This document shows, piece by piece, positions 25,450 to 37,211 of a stretch of 64,000 nucleotides of DNA (positions are counted from its first letter, which is position 1; every line of letters begins with the position of its first letter). The position numbers were made by a program, and so were the translations under genes. Below the pieces are notes generated by a model. The model was not told the DNA's origin. It saw only the letters and a list, made by a program, of their open reading frames with translations, and did no database searches. Origin of the DNA: Bilabrum cf. latius (taxonomy: Eukaryota); NCBI GenBank assembly GCA_965178125.1, contig OZ237761.1, positions 434,001-498,000 on the forward strand, read 5' to 3'.

Positions 25450-25885
25450 CCGTGCTCCGCAGCCGGTCTGCTTCTTCGTGGAGCACGCACTGAGGGGTAG
25501 AGTGGACGCACTCCCTGCACACACAGTCGCGGCGGCCATGATTTATCTCTATTACACAGTGACGAATCATGTCTACGTTCAAGCACGGTCCCTAACACAG
25601 TGCTGTCACCGGCTGGTCTGGACTGGCCTATGCATCACGAACGGCGCCGACGCAGCAGCCATGATGCGACCAAGTCTCACCAGTGATAGTGTGGCGACCA
25701 TGACTTAGATGCATACGTCCGCCGCCCAGTTGATTTATAGGCAGACTTATTTCTACTTGATACTGTTTTTGGAGAGGCTATCCATCGGTCCAGGTGCGCC
25801 GGCAGCGGCGCCGCGCAACGCCTGCCCGGCTCCGCATATCCGGTAACTCACCTCGACCCACTTGTGATTGGTCTCTCAGCGGTCG

Positions 25886-28800
25886 ATGTCGGCTGCAGCA
25901 GGCCACGATAAGTTCCCAGGAGCATCGCCCATAGCATTGTAGGGTCAACGTGGTGGCGGTGGTGGGAATTATGCCGATGCAGGAGGCTATGAAAGCAAAT
26001 CGCAGGGCATCGATGGATTTGGGCCGGAAACCACATCACGGCACGGCCAAGTGTCAAGCTTGGGATCGCGGGGAGGCTCTAGGATGCCTTCACAGGCACC
26101 AGATCGCCGCGGCTCTGTGGAAACCAGGCACAGGTTTGGAGTTGGATTTGCTGGGCACACGCTAATGAACCCGCATCCTGAGGCTGCAGCGATGCGAAGT
26201 GTTCGCTCGCCTGGGGGTCCTCGCCGCGGCAAATAGTCCCGTCCTCCTTGGCAACAAGACTTTAGAGATCCATCTCGCCTCAACGAACGCCAGTTTGGGT
26301 ACTTCAAGGAGCTTTTCGACAAGCCGAGCAGGTCGACCGATCGCAGGGTGTTTTCATCACCCAAAGCCGAGGTCGCAGGGACCAGAGGAAGGGCTCCAGG
26401 TGGAGCTGACCCTTACGATACAACTGCTCCAGGTGCTATGCCTGCCCTGGGCGCTACTGGACCGGAACGAATGTCTGTCGTGCCGCCGGTCGGTGCCCGA
26501 GCTCGTTCTCCTCGCGCGATCTAGAGGTACCTCGACGAAGTGGAGCGAGCCAAAGAGCTCGAAAAAGGTTGGAACGGCCGCGCTCACGTGACAGTTTCCA
26601 AGGACAACGGCCGGATCAGCCCTGTGTTTCGCGAGACTTTCGACCAGCCGCGAGATTTTGACGACGCCACGCCAGGCATCCGCCCCCGCCGCGTGGACGG
26701 GTACGTCCGCTCGCCCACGGGCGAGTACACGCCTACTGCGTTCGCGGAGCGCACGGCATCGCGCGGGGCCGAAGGAAACGCGGCGGGCTTCCCACCCGCG
26801 GGGGGCAGACAGTCTCCGCCAGCACTTGCGGGTGCGGGTGCTCGACACGACGGCCGCGGGAGGGGTGCAGCAGCCCGCCGGGGCGGACCGCGCGGCGCCC
26901 GCGGAGCGGTTCCGTAGCACTCTCCCATCCGCGGAGCGCCGAGTGGCAGCCGCAGCCGCAGCCGCAGGAGCAGGGGCAGAGGCGTACCCAGGGGGGGCAA
27001 GAGTAGGGGGCGGGCTCGTGGCGGCTCCCCTGCCGCCAGGGCGGCGCAGCGCCGGCTTTTACGATCGGAGCAGCGTCGCAGGGAACAACAGAGGGAGACT
27101 GCGGAGCAGCAGCGGCAGTGGCTCGAGCGATGGGATTCCCCCGCCTACCGCGCTCGCGAGGCAGAGTACCTCCGTCGCAGGGAACAAGGCTGGGACCCTC
27201 GACACTACGTCGTGGCAGCCAGGGGCAACGAGGAGGTGCACCACTCGCAGAAGGCTCTCTTCCGCCGCCCGTTTGAGGTGCAGCCCGATGGAACGGCCAG
27301 GAGGATGCCGACGCCTCCCGAAATCTCGCCGCTGGTGATGGTGCCTGACGCAGGCTTCGCTCCCAGACCCCCCTCGCGCCCAAGGTCGACCCGGTCTGCC
27401 AGGCATGGGCGCAGGGCCCAACAGGTCGGTGATGCTGGGGCTGGGGACGATGCTGAGCCTATTCCAAAGGTAGATGAGCAGGAGGAGGCTGCTGCCAAGA
27501 AGGCCGCCGAGGAGGAGGCCGCTGCCAAGAAGGCTGCCGAGGAGGAGGCCGCACACAAGAAGGCTGCTGAGGAGGAGGCTGCTGCCAAGAAGGCCGCCGA
27601 GGAGGAGGCTGCTGCGAAGAAGGCTGCCGAGGAGGAGGCTGCTGCCAAGAAGGCCGCCGAGGAGGAGGCTGCTGCGAAGAAGGCCGCTGAGGAGGAGGCC
27701 GCACACAAGAAGGCTGCTGAGGAGGAGGCTGCTGCCAAGAAGGCCGCCGAGGAGGAGGCTGCTGCCAAGAAGGCTGCCGAGGAGGAGGCTGCTGCCAAGA
27801 AGGCCGCCGAGGAGGAGGCTGCTGCCAAGAAGGCCGCCGAGGAGGAGGCTGCTGCCAAGAAGGCTGCTGAGGAGGAGGCCGCACGCAAGAAGGCTGCCGA
27901 GGAGGAGGCTGCTGCCAAGAAGGCTGCCGAGGAGGAGGCTGCTGCCAAGAAGGCTGCCGAGGAGGAGGCTGCTGCCAAGAAGGCCGCTGAGGAGGAGGCT
28001 GCTGCGAAGAAGGCTGCTGAGGAGGAGGCTGCTGCCAAGAAGGCTGCTGAGGAGGAGGCCGCCCGTTGGCCAAGCAAAGGCCCCATTGTGCGCCTGGAGT
28101 CGCTTGGATTGCCAGGACAGTACTTGCGCTCTACACCTCAGGGCACAATGGATTGCAAGGGTGATTCCGCTGAGAGAGGGGGTCTATGGCGCGTGCACTA
28201 CCTAGGAAAGGGCGTGGTGGGTCTGCAATCGCTGGATCTCGGCGAAAGGGTCAACGAAGGTGGCAGCGAGAAACCGGCTGGTGCAGCTGGTGCTGCTGCC
28301 GGTGCCCCTGGCAACTTCTTCATTGGCTCAGAAGAAGACCGTGATATTCTTCCACCTGCGACCACGACTCGCGACAACGTGGGTGCGCACTGGCAAGTAT
28401 ACTGGTGCGATGGGGACATGGGCGGGCCTCAGAGGGCCACAGACGGTAACGCGCTGGACATGGGCGGCGTGTACATGTTCATGAGCGAGGAGGGCGACAA
28501 GAATCTGTGCGCTGGAAGGGACGGTGGTGTTGGTGCCAATGGAGGGATTGGGAAATTCTCGCGCTTCGTGTCTCACGTGCAGAAGGAGAAGGACGCGATG
28601 GAAGCCGAGCCGATGAAGCTGGAGGAGTAGAAAAAAGAGCCCCCGAGGCCCAAGCGCGGCAAGCTGCACATCCGCCTGCACCACGCCAAGGGCCTGCCTG
28701 ACTCGGACACCATCGGCTCCTCGGACCCGTACGTCAAGTTCAACGTGGACGAGGACGGCTGCCCGTGGGTGACCTCCGAGAAGCGGGACAACACGCAGGA

Positions 28801-31393
28801 CCCCGAGTGGGACCAGGGCCAGCCCGCGCCGGAGTACGTGCTGCCCGTGAAGGACGTGACGAGTGCGCGGATGCGCGCCCAGGTGTACGACCACGACGGC
28901 TACACCGGGGACGACCAGCTGTGCGGGGCGGATCGCGAGCTGGGGTTCCTGTACGGCGAGGCGGCGGGTGAGTATGTGCCTGTGCAGCTGGATCTGTCCC
29001 ACGGGGGCAAGGCGAGCGGGACGCTGACTGTGGCGCTCCGGTTCGAGGCGGAGGGCGAGAGCGATGGAGCGGAGGAGGGGGCGGCGTCAGGTGCCGGTGC
29101 GGATGACAGCAAGGCAACTGCCGCTGCTGCCGCCGATGAGGCGGAGGCCGAGCCAAAGGAGAAGCAGCAGACCAAGGAGCCGCAAGAGCCCCCGAGGCCC
29201 AGGCGCGGCAAGCTGCACATCCGCCTGCACCACGCCAAGGGCCTGCCCGACTCGGACACCATCGGCTCCTCGGACCCGTACGTCAAGTTCAACGTGGACG
29301 AGGACGGCTGCCCGTGGGTGACCTCCGAGAAGCGGGACAACACGCAGGACCCCGAGTGGGACCAGGGCCAGCCCGCGCCGGAGTACGTGCTGCCCGTGAA
29401 GGACGTGACGAGTGCGCGGATGCGCGCCCAGGTGTACGACCACGACGGCTACACCGGGGACGACCAGCTGTGCGGGGCGGATCGCGAGCTGGGGTTCCTG
29501 TACGGCGAGGCGGCGGGTGAGTATGTGCCTGTGCAGCTGGATCTGTCCCACGGGGGCAAGGCGAGCGGGACGCTGACTGTGGCGCTCCGGTTCGAGGCGG
29601 AGGGCGAGAGCGATGGAGCGGAGGAGGGGGCGGCGTCAGGTGCCGGTGCGGATGACAGCAAGGCAACTGCCGCTGCTGCCGCCGATGAGGCGGAGGCCGA
29701 GCCAAAGGAGAAGCAGCAGACCAAGGAGCCGCAAGAGCCCCCGAGGCCCAGGCGCGGCAAGCTGCACATCCGCTTGCACCACGCCAAGGGCCTGCCCGAC
29801 TCGGACACCATCGGCTCCTCGGACCCGTACGTCAAGTTCAACGTGGACGAGGACGGCTGCCCGTGGGTGACCTCCGAGAAGCGGGACAACACGCAGGACC
29901 CCGAGTGGGACCAGGGCCAGCCCGCGCCGGAGTACGTGCTGCCCGTGAAGGACGTGACGAGTGCGCGGATGCGCGCCCAGGTGTACGACCACGACGGCTA
30001 CACCGGGGACGACCAGCTGTGCGGGGCGGATCGCGAGCTGGGGTTCCTGTACGGCGAGGCGGCGGGTGAGTATGTGCCTGTGCAGCTGGATCTGTCCCAC
30101 GGGGGCAAGGCGAGCGGGACGCTGACTGTGGCGCTCCGGTTCGAGGCGGAGGGCGAGAGCGATGGAGCGGAGGGGGGGGCGGCGTCAGGTGCCGGTGCGG
30201 ATGACAGCAAGGCAACTGCCGCTGCTGCCGCCGATGAGGCGGAGGCCGAGCCAAAGGAGAAGCAGCAGACCAAGGAGCCGCAAGAGCCCCCGAGGCCCAG
30301 GCGCGGCAAGCTGCACATCCGCTTGCACCACGCCAAGGGCCTGCCCGACTCGGACACCATCGGCTCCTCGGACCCGTACGTCAAGTTCAACGTGGACGAG
30401 GACGGCTGCCCGTGGGTGACCTCCGAGAAGCGGGACAACACGCAGGACCCCGAGTGGGACCAGGGCCAGCCCGCGCCGGAGTACGTGCTGCCCGTGAAGG
30501 ACGTGACGAGTGCGCGGATGCGCGCCCAGGTGTACGACCACGACGGCTACACCGGGGACGACCAGCTGTGCGGGGCGGATCGCGAGCTGGGGTTCCTGTA
30601 CGGCGAGGCGGCGGGTGAGTATGTGCCTGTGCAGCTGGATCTGTCCCACGGGGGCAAGGCGAGCGGGACGCTGACTGTGGCGCTTCGGTTCGAGGCGGAG
30701 GGCGAGAGCGATGGAGCGGAGGGGGGAGCGGCGCCAGGTGCCGGTGCTGGGAGCCCGGCCCCAGCACCAGCACCAGCACCAGCACCAGCACCAGCACCAG
30801 CACCAGCACCAGCACCAGCACCAGCACCAGCACCAGCACCAGCACCAGCACCAGCACCAGCACCAGCACCAGCACCAGCACCAGCACCAGCACCAGCACC
30901 AGCACCAGCACCAGCACCAGCACCAGCACCAGCACCAGCACCAGCGCCAGCTGCTGCGCCTGCACCTGCACCGGCACCTGCACCTGCATCTACGAGTGGC
31001 AAGCTGCACGTCCGCTTGCACAACGCCAAGGGCCTGCCCAGGGGAGACATGTTCGGCTCCGGGGACCCGTACGTGAAGTTCAAGCTCGATGAGGAAGGCA
31101 GCACTGAGATCCAGTCGGAGAGGCGGGACGGCACCACGGACCCCGAGTGGGACCAGGGCCAGCCTGCGCCGGAGTACGTGCTGCCCGTGAAGGACGTGAC
31201 GAGTGCGAAGCTGCTAGCGACCGTGTTCGATTACGACGGCATGTCTGGGGACGACGAGCTTTGTAAGGGCGAGCAGTTGCTGGCTCTCTACAGGAAGGGC
31301 GGGAGCGACTTCAATGTCGCTGCCATGCAGCTCTCGAATAGCTCGGGGAAGGCGGGCATGCTTACTATTGGTATTAGATTTGAGCCCAGCTGA
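25886..31393 (+). CDS. Large multi-C2-domain protein (~1835 aa): basic N-terminus, (KKAAEEEAAA)19 helix, beta-trefoil-like domain, 5 C2 domains, (PA)n linker
   Basis: ORFs 26051.., 26540.., 27212.. and 28745.. are in one frame joined by TAGs (25940, 26234, 26522, 26915, 28628). C2 signature GKLHIRLHHAKGLPDSDTIGSSDPYVKF...VYDHDGYTGDDQL; ends TGA. Start codon less certain. Confidence 0.8.
27481..28062 (+). repeat. Coding 30-nt tandem repeat, ~19 units (KKAAEEEAAA)
   Basis: Unit ggaggaggctgctgccaagaaggc(c/t)gc(c/t)ga, with synonymous variation and three H/R variant units. Confidence 0.97.
28637..30748 (+). repeat. Four near-identical 549-nt tandem repeats, each encoding a C2 domain plus linker (last linker truncated)
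   Basis: Units start at 28637, 29186, 29735 and 30284 and differ by only a handful of SNPs. Confidence 0.97.
30761..30940 (+). repeat. (CCAGCA)30 coding microsatellite, Pro-Ala linker
   Basis: Perfect hexamer array in frame between C2 domains 4 and 5. Confidence 0.97.
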
Positions 31394-31515
31394 GCCGAAG
31401 TGCTTCGGTGTGGACGCTTGGGTTCAACAAGTTACGTGCATTTTTTGAGAGGTCACGATGAATGGCAGCTCACGCCACTATCGTTCTGACAATGTCATAG
31501 AAACCAGCAGAAGAT

Positions 31516-33270
31516 ATGAGCACACAAGAAGCAGAAAAGGCCATCAGTGAAGCTGTAGAACCTGATGACCGCATTGAAGTGGACAACGAGCTGGGACTTC
31601 CAGTTGCACCAGCAGCTTCTGCAAGCAACGCTGACAATGTCCAAGTGCAGTGGTGTGATTGGACCGGAATTCACAACTTGCCTTACTCTGAAGGTGCCCT
31701 AATTTTGGACATCTCACCTGCGGGTGACCGCGCGCTTGACTTTGTTCTTGGCTCCTGCCCAGCATGGGGCAGAACGGGGATTCCAGAGGGGCTTGAGTCC
31801 AAGATGCGCTGCATCGAAAGCTCCATCGCGAATCATATGGACGAATTCATGCCAGAGGTGCGAAGCCGCATTGCGATAGTGTCAACAGCCGCTCAGGAGG
31901 CCGAAGGCTTGCTCAGTGCAATTGCACAAGAGGTGTCGAAGCGGCTGGCAAAGCCAGATAGCGAACTCCGCAAGCAGTTGAGGTGGTGCAAGGCTATTTT
32001 TATTCTACGAGGTGGGGTGAAGCGAATGGCTGAAGTCGCGCCACACCTGTGCGGCGGACGTACCGCAGCTGCGGTTCTGGGAAGAAGGTACGTGGGCCAG
32101 GCCAAGCGCGCAATGGAGATGCAGTATCCCGGAGTGGACGAAAAACGTAAGGATGGTGCTATTGAATTTGCCATGGGGTGTGCCAAGGCAGAAGTTGAAA
32201 AGTCCGCAGCCAGTGCTTCCCACGGCGGGACGCTCTCGTACCCCGGTGCCATTGAGCCTTGGCTTTTTCTTGGGAGCTTATGGCACGCAAAACAGACTAC
32301 TGCGCTCCTGCACCTGGGAATCACCCATGTGGTGAATGTCGCCTCGCAAGTGCCGTGCTATCACTGCGACAACGGACAGATGCTCGACGGTGGCATGAGC
32401 GAATTCTTGCAGGAGACGCACGGACTGAAGCCAAGTCTGCCCGAGGCAGCACCCGTGCCAGACGGATCTGACGTGGACACAGGCGACAAGAAAGCATCGG
32501 CTTCGTCTGAGCCCGAGCCATCGAGCAGAGCCGCGAGTGCCAAGTCAGGCAAAGGGGGCGAGGGGGCAGGATCTGGAGCACCTGCTCGGGCGAGGGCGAG
32601 CAGCAGAGATCCCCGCTGGCTGGGAATCCAGTACTTCCACGTAAAAGTCGAAGACGAGCCATCGCAGCAAATGCTAGGATGCTGGGAGGCCGCGAGTTCA
32701 TTCATAGCCAAGGCCTCGCTGCAGCCAGATGCACGGGTGCTCGTGCATTGCGCCGCGGGAGTGAGCCGAAGCACCAGCACGATCGTCCACTATTTGATGA
32801 AAAGAGAGATGGGGTTGCTGCCCGCAGCACGAGCAGGCAAGGCTACCGCCAGCAGACCAGGACCGGAATCAGCACCAGTGCCAGGATCGGGACCGTCCAC
32901 GATGCCTTCAAGTTCCCCGTCGAGGTCCACGCCAACGAGCGTGCCAGCTAGCGGTGCTGCTACCGGTGGCGCTTCCTCCCTTACCTCTGACAGCGCTGCC
33001 GCACCTGCGGACACAGAGGGGGCAAGATCACCGCGAGAAGCAGGGAAAGGTAATCCTGCCACAACTGTGGGAGCCATGCCAAAGAGACCGGAGGCGTGGG
33101 TGGAGCTGATCCGCAGGGCTAGGAAGCAGGCTAGGCCGAACATCGGCTTCATGCTCCAGCTGAGGGCACACCACCGCGGCATGAACCAGCTGCGGATCGC
33201 AAGGATCAAGCGGAGACAAAGGAAGGAATTTGGGGTGGAGCCTGCGGGCGAGTCCAAGAAGGGTCACTGA
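31516..33270 (+). CDS. Dual-specificity protein phosphatase (MKP-like, possible degenerate rhodanese domain)
   Basis: IEPWLFLGS, LGITHVVNV, VEDEP, VLVHCAAGVSRSTS, RPNIGFMLQL. Uninterrupted ORF ending TGA. Confidence 0.9.
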   Translation: MSTQEAEKAISEAVEPDDRIEVDNELGLPVAPAASASNADNVQVQWCDWTGIHNLPYSEGALILDISPAGDRALDFVLGSCPAWGRTGIPEGLESKMRCIESSIANHMDEFMPEVRSRIAIVSTAAQEAEGLLSAIAQEVSKRLAKPDSELRKQLRWCKAIFILRGGVKRMAEVAPHLCGGRTAAAVLGRRYVGQAKRAMEMQYPGVDEKRKDGAIEFAMGCAKAEVEKSAASASHGGTLSYPGAIEPWLFLGSLWHAKQTTALLHLGITHVVNVASQVPCYHCDNGQMLDGGMSEFLQETHGLKPSLPEAAPVPDGSDVDTGDKKASASSEPEPSSRAASAKSGKGGEGAGSGAPARARASSRDPRWLGIQYFHVKVEDEPSQQMLGCWEAASSFIAKASLQPDARVLVHCAAGVSRSTSTIVHYLMKREMGLLPAARAGKATASRPGPESAPVPGSGPSTMPSSSPSRSTPTSVPASGAATGGASSLTSDSAAAPADTEGARSPREAGKGNPATTVGAMPKRPEAWVELIRRARKQARPNIGFMLQLRAHHRGMNQLRIARIKRRQRKEFGVEPAGESKKGH

Positions 33271-33647
33271 TGCAGCGTGTACTGCCAGTGTACTGCCGGT
33301 GTACTGCCGGTGTGCTGTCGGTGCCTAGTGAAGGAGGCCGCTGGCAGCCACCACGCGCTGGAGCGAGCTGTTGATACTGATTGAAATAAAGCATTCATTT
33401 GATCCTTCGAAGCTAGCAAAGCAGTGTGCTGCGATCACTTCGGTTCCGCACTAGCTGAGGCAACGCCGAAAACTGCAAACCATCACACTTCACACCGGTC
33501 AACAAAAGCAACAGCCGCCGTCGTTCGGCTAGGCCTAGGCCAATAGATGCATCGTACGAAGCGGTGACTGCAGCTCCTGATTGCTCGGGAGCTGGCCCCG
33601 AACCACCTAGCAGCACCTGTACCGATTCAAACCGCAGCTCGACGTTG

Positions 33648-35133
33648 TCAGCACTGGATATAGCGGTCGCTCGGGAGGGTCACTTCGCCCGTCGCAACGT
33701 CCAGCTGGAACGTCTGCCAACCGTGACATGACGCCCCCGGTGCGTTGGGTGCACTCGGCGCAGGGAGGGCAAAGTTCTGCACGTGCCCGCCGCTGGAGAA
33801 GAGCTGTACCTTGGAGGCAGACGCCGACAGTGCACCGGAGTAGTAGCTGTACACCCACGCAACGAACGTCACGTTGCCGGTGGCACCGCTGGGGGCCGTG
33901 ATGGTGATCGTTTCAGGGCCGTACCCACTCGTTACATCGTGGTCGAGCGTGGCACTCAGTCCACCGGGCCCCGTGCAATGCCTGTTGTTGTAGATGACCG
34001 TGCAGCTGCCTCCAGGCATGACCAGGTGGGCATCCATGTCGCGTGGCTGAGCGGCCCACGCAAGAACAGCACGGTAGGTACCAGGCTGCAGGGTGGGGCT
34101 CAGGAATACGTCGGCGCTGGTGCCTGGCACGATGGGATCGGTGACGTTGAAGTCGTGGGAGCCGGGCTCGTAGCCAGCGGCTCCTGTCACGGTGAGGGTG
34201 TGCGGGCCCGGCGCGATGGACGAGTAAGAGTACACTCCATCCGAGTTCGTCTTGACTGCGTCCTCACCCTCGATCTGCACGGCAGCACCTGCAATCGGCC
34301 AGCCGGTGGTGGCATCGAGCACGTATCCCGATACGGGGTACGTGACCGGGGGCTTGGGTGGGGGGCACCCGAACTGGGCTGCGTCGAACGTGTCGGTCCC
34401 CTCGAAATCCTTCGGCACCACGTTCGAGAATTCGTAGGTAAAACCAAAGCCAAATGAATCTACCTTGGCTTTCAGTACCGTAGATAGCTGCTTTGGATCG
34501 TCAGCCAGCTTCACGTAATAGTCTGTCTGCGCGATGATGTAGTTTGCATTCCAATGCTCCACCGGCTGCCCAGACACGGTGGTGTTCTCTACGAATTTAG
34601 CTTCGGGTGGGACCTATGGCGGCCAAATTGCACCCTGGATATCGCTGCGCTTGCAATCCCATTGCCCCGGGCCAGATGCAGTGATAGCATAGGTGCTGTT
34701 GGTGTTGTAGTCGTTCAATGTGATGGCTTTCACGCCGAACACAGATTGATCCAACCTGCGAGGACGAATCATAATAATCAATGCATATCGCAAGAACATA
34801 GCTGATAACCCAGATTTGCACAAGAGGTGCCACATGCCCCGGTGTGAACCATGTCTGCCGTCTACCCCAACGCAATTGGACCTTACCTGTCGAATCCGAG
34901 AGGATACGAATACCTGCGTGCAAGTATCACGATAAATGAACATATATACGGCTAGGATGACCGGTCGTGGGCTATCAAACAGAACTAAATGTCTTCGATC
35001 CTCACGAGTAGTCGCCCTTGCCAACCAGGGGCGAGATCGTGGCTTGCGCCTCAAATGAATCCGCGGATTGCGGGCGTTGCTGGGCAAGCACGCATGCAGC
35101 TGATGTCACAATGATTGCGTAACACGACTGCAT
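33648..35133 (-). CDS. Secreted protein with carboxypeptidase-regulatory-like beta domain and YfaP/DUF2135-like C-terminal domain (exons 35133-35006, 34913-34887, 34755-33648; TAG at 34614)
   Basis: Signal peptide MQSCYAIIVTSAACVLA, VSGYVLDATTGWPIAGAAV, VLAWAAQPRDMDAHL, LDHDVTSGYGPETITI. Two GT..CGCAG introns keep the frame; ends TGA. Confidence 0.7.
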
Positions 35134-35348
35134 GCTCCTTGAGCTGTAGATATATTCTTTCGAGCTGTGAAGTGCTCGATCTGGAATGGCCCGTGGCCAA
35201 GCTTCGACTTCCGGTTTCCAGATACACTCGGCAAATTGTTTCTCCGTGCTATACATGTCTTGCTGTGCAACGCAAGTCGGCAGCTCAGCGCCAAACAGCC
35301 CACAATGGCGGGGTGTCACCGGACGCCTCTGCCCGTGCCTGCATTCAT

Positions 35349-37211
35349 TCACTGTCTCCCCTCCACGGCACTACCAGACCCGCGGTCCTGCGCCCCACTC
35401 CCAGTACTGCCAGCAGCACCAGATCCAGATCGAGCCCACCACGCGTCATACCCGAGTCCCTCACCTTTCCCTCTCGCGCTGGCGCCAGTGCCTCCTCCAC
35501 CCCCGACGCTCGTGTCCTCGTCACAAACAGGGGCACAGACCGTGGCCCCGTGAGCCACCGCCTGGAAGCAGCCCTCGGGCAAGCCCTCCAGCCGCAGCTT
35601 GCTCGCCAGCCGCATCGGGGGCTCGTCCACGGGTTCGCTGGTCAGAGGGAACGTTCCCCAATGGTGCCCGACGGCCTTTTTGCATCGGGTGTCCTTCATC
35701 ATATCCACCGCATCCTCTGGACTGGCATGGACCGTCGCCATAAACCACCTGGGGTGGTAAGCCCCTATGGGGAGTGAGCCGATGTCAAAGGGGCCGTGCA
35801 GGTCCCCGATTTGCTTGAAGGCAGGGCAGGGCACGTCCCCTTGTTCCCTGAGGTGCTGCTCCTCCGCCACTGCGGCTGCGGTAGGCTTGTCCTCATTCGC
35901 CACCCCGCTGCCTCCCGCTGCCGCCTGCCCTTGCTTGCCGGTAGCAGAAGAAGAAGCGCTCTCTTCCACCGACATTAGTTTTTTCTTCTGCTTAGGCGAT
36001 GACGATGCCGCACCCACTTCCTCCTTATAAACCTACAGAGCCTCCGCCTCCACTGGCAAGAGACCGTAGAAATTCTCCCCGGGGCGAGGAGCCTGGTAGC
36101 CGGTGTCTCCCGAGAAATAGTACCTCTTCCCCTGCCCCCGAATGACAAACCCGCCCCACAGCGACATGTCTCGGTCAAACAACGTCCTAGCGGTATTGTG
36201 CTAGGCTGGCACGAGGTGCACCATCGGCACCTCGCCCTCTGTCTCGCAGGCCCGAGCACTGGCTGCCGTAGACCCCACAACGCCCTCCCGCGCCCAAGCT
36301 TCCAGCTCCGTGTCTGAGCCCGGCACCAGCCCGTCCACCTCGGTGCCGGGCCGCAGGGCGCTCGCAAGCGGCTGCAGCAGACGGACCCCCGACTAGCGCA
36401 CTCGCTTGGCGAAGGCAGTCGGACCTGCCGATGGGCTGAATCCCGGCCTGGCCTTCTGGATCCTAAGCGCGGCCTCCTCGTCCTCCTCGCACGCCTCCAC
36501 CCACCGTGCTCGCCTCTCGTCAGTGGTCGCAAGGAACCGCTCCGACCTGTCGGTGGCGGGGTTGTCGTCCAGCAGCCTTCTCTGGTCTGCCGCCGCGCAC
36601 TCCCACCAGCTGAGCGATCTAATGTTGTGCTTTGGCACGTTGAAGAACCTGTGCAGCTGCTCGCCGCACCCAAGGGGCGCGAACCAGCGCGTCCGGTCGA
36701 ATCTCCTGCGAGTCGGCGCGCCCCGAGCGTCCGAGCCGATCACCTCTGACTGGCGCTTACGGTCCGTTTCTTCCTTCATCATCAGTCTAAATATCGAATT
36801 CTCGTCCATATGGTCGTAATGCGAATGCGACAGCACCACAGCGTCGATCGGCGGCAGGTCCTCGATCTCGCAAGCTAGCGGGGTGTATCGAGCGATGCCA
36901 AACATCTGAGTCGGTGAGCATCGATAGGATAGGGCTGGATCTGTCAATATGTTCCACCCCTCTATTTGCACGAGAAAGCATGCGTGGCCGAGCCAAGTCA
37001 CCTGAAGCGGAGAGCTTGGCGCCTCAATCGCATCTCTGTCAATGGCAGTGCTCGGCGCTGGTCTAATCTTCGCCTTCCTCAAGTCATCCCCATTCTCCCT
37101 GAGCAGCCTAACCAAGTCTTGATTCCTATGCCTATGAAAGGAGTGCCATTCTGGTGGGTTAGCGAACCGCCCGTCTGGCAATCGCACGGGACGTGTCAAG
37201 GTCGTTGACAT
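35349..37211 (-). CDS. NAPEPLD: NAPE-PLD-like metallo-beta-lactamase-fold hydrolase (TAG at 36393, 36201, 36033; start may extend to 37277/37292)
   Basis: VTWLGHACFL, ILTDP, LSHSHYDHMD, PA*H...RTLFDRDMSLWGGFV, YFSGDTGY, LPIGAYHPRWFM, HWGTFPLTSEP; ends TGA. Confidence 0.9.

Noticed and set aside
27481-30940. CRISPR array or mobile-element repeats
   Set aside because: Repeats are contiguous, in-frame coding units without unique spacers, terminal repeats or transposase.
27059-31137. Long antisense or alternate-frame ORFs (poly-WC, poly-VL, poly-HQ, AAASSSAAFL)
   Set aside because: Shadows of the coding repeats in GC-rich DNA.
33277-33309. 11-nt tandem repeat x3 downstream of the phosphatase stop
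   Set aside because: Short 3' UTR minisatellite with no supportable function.
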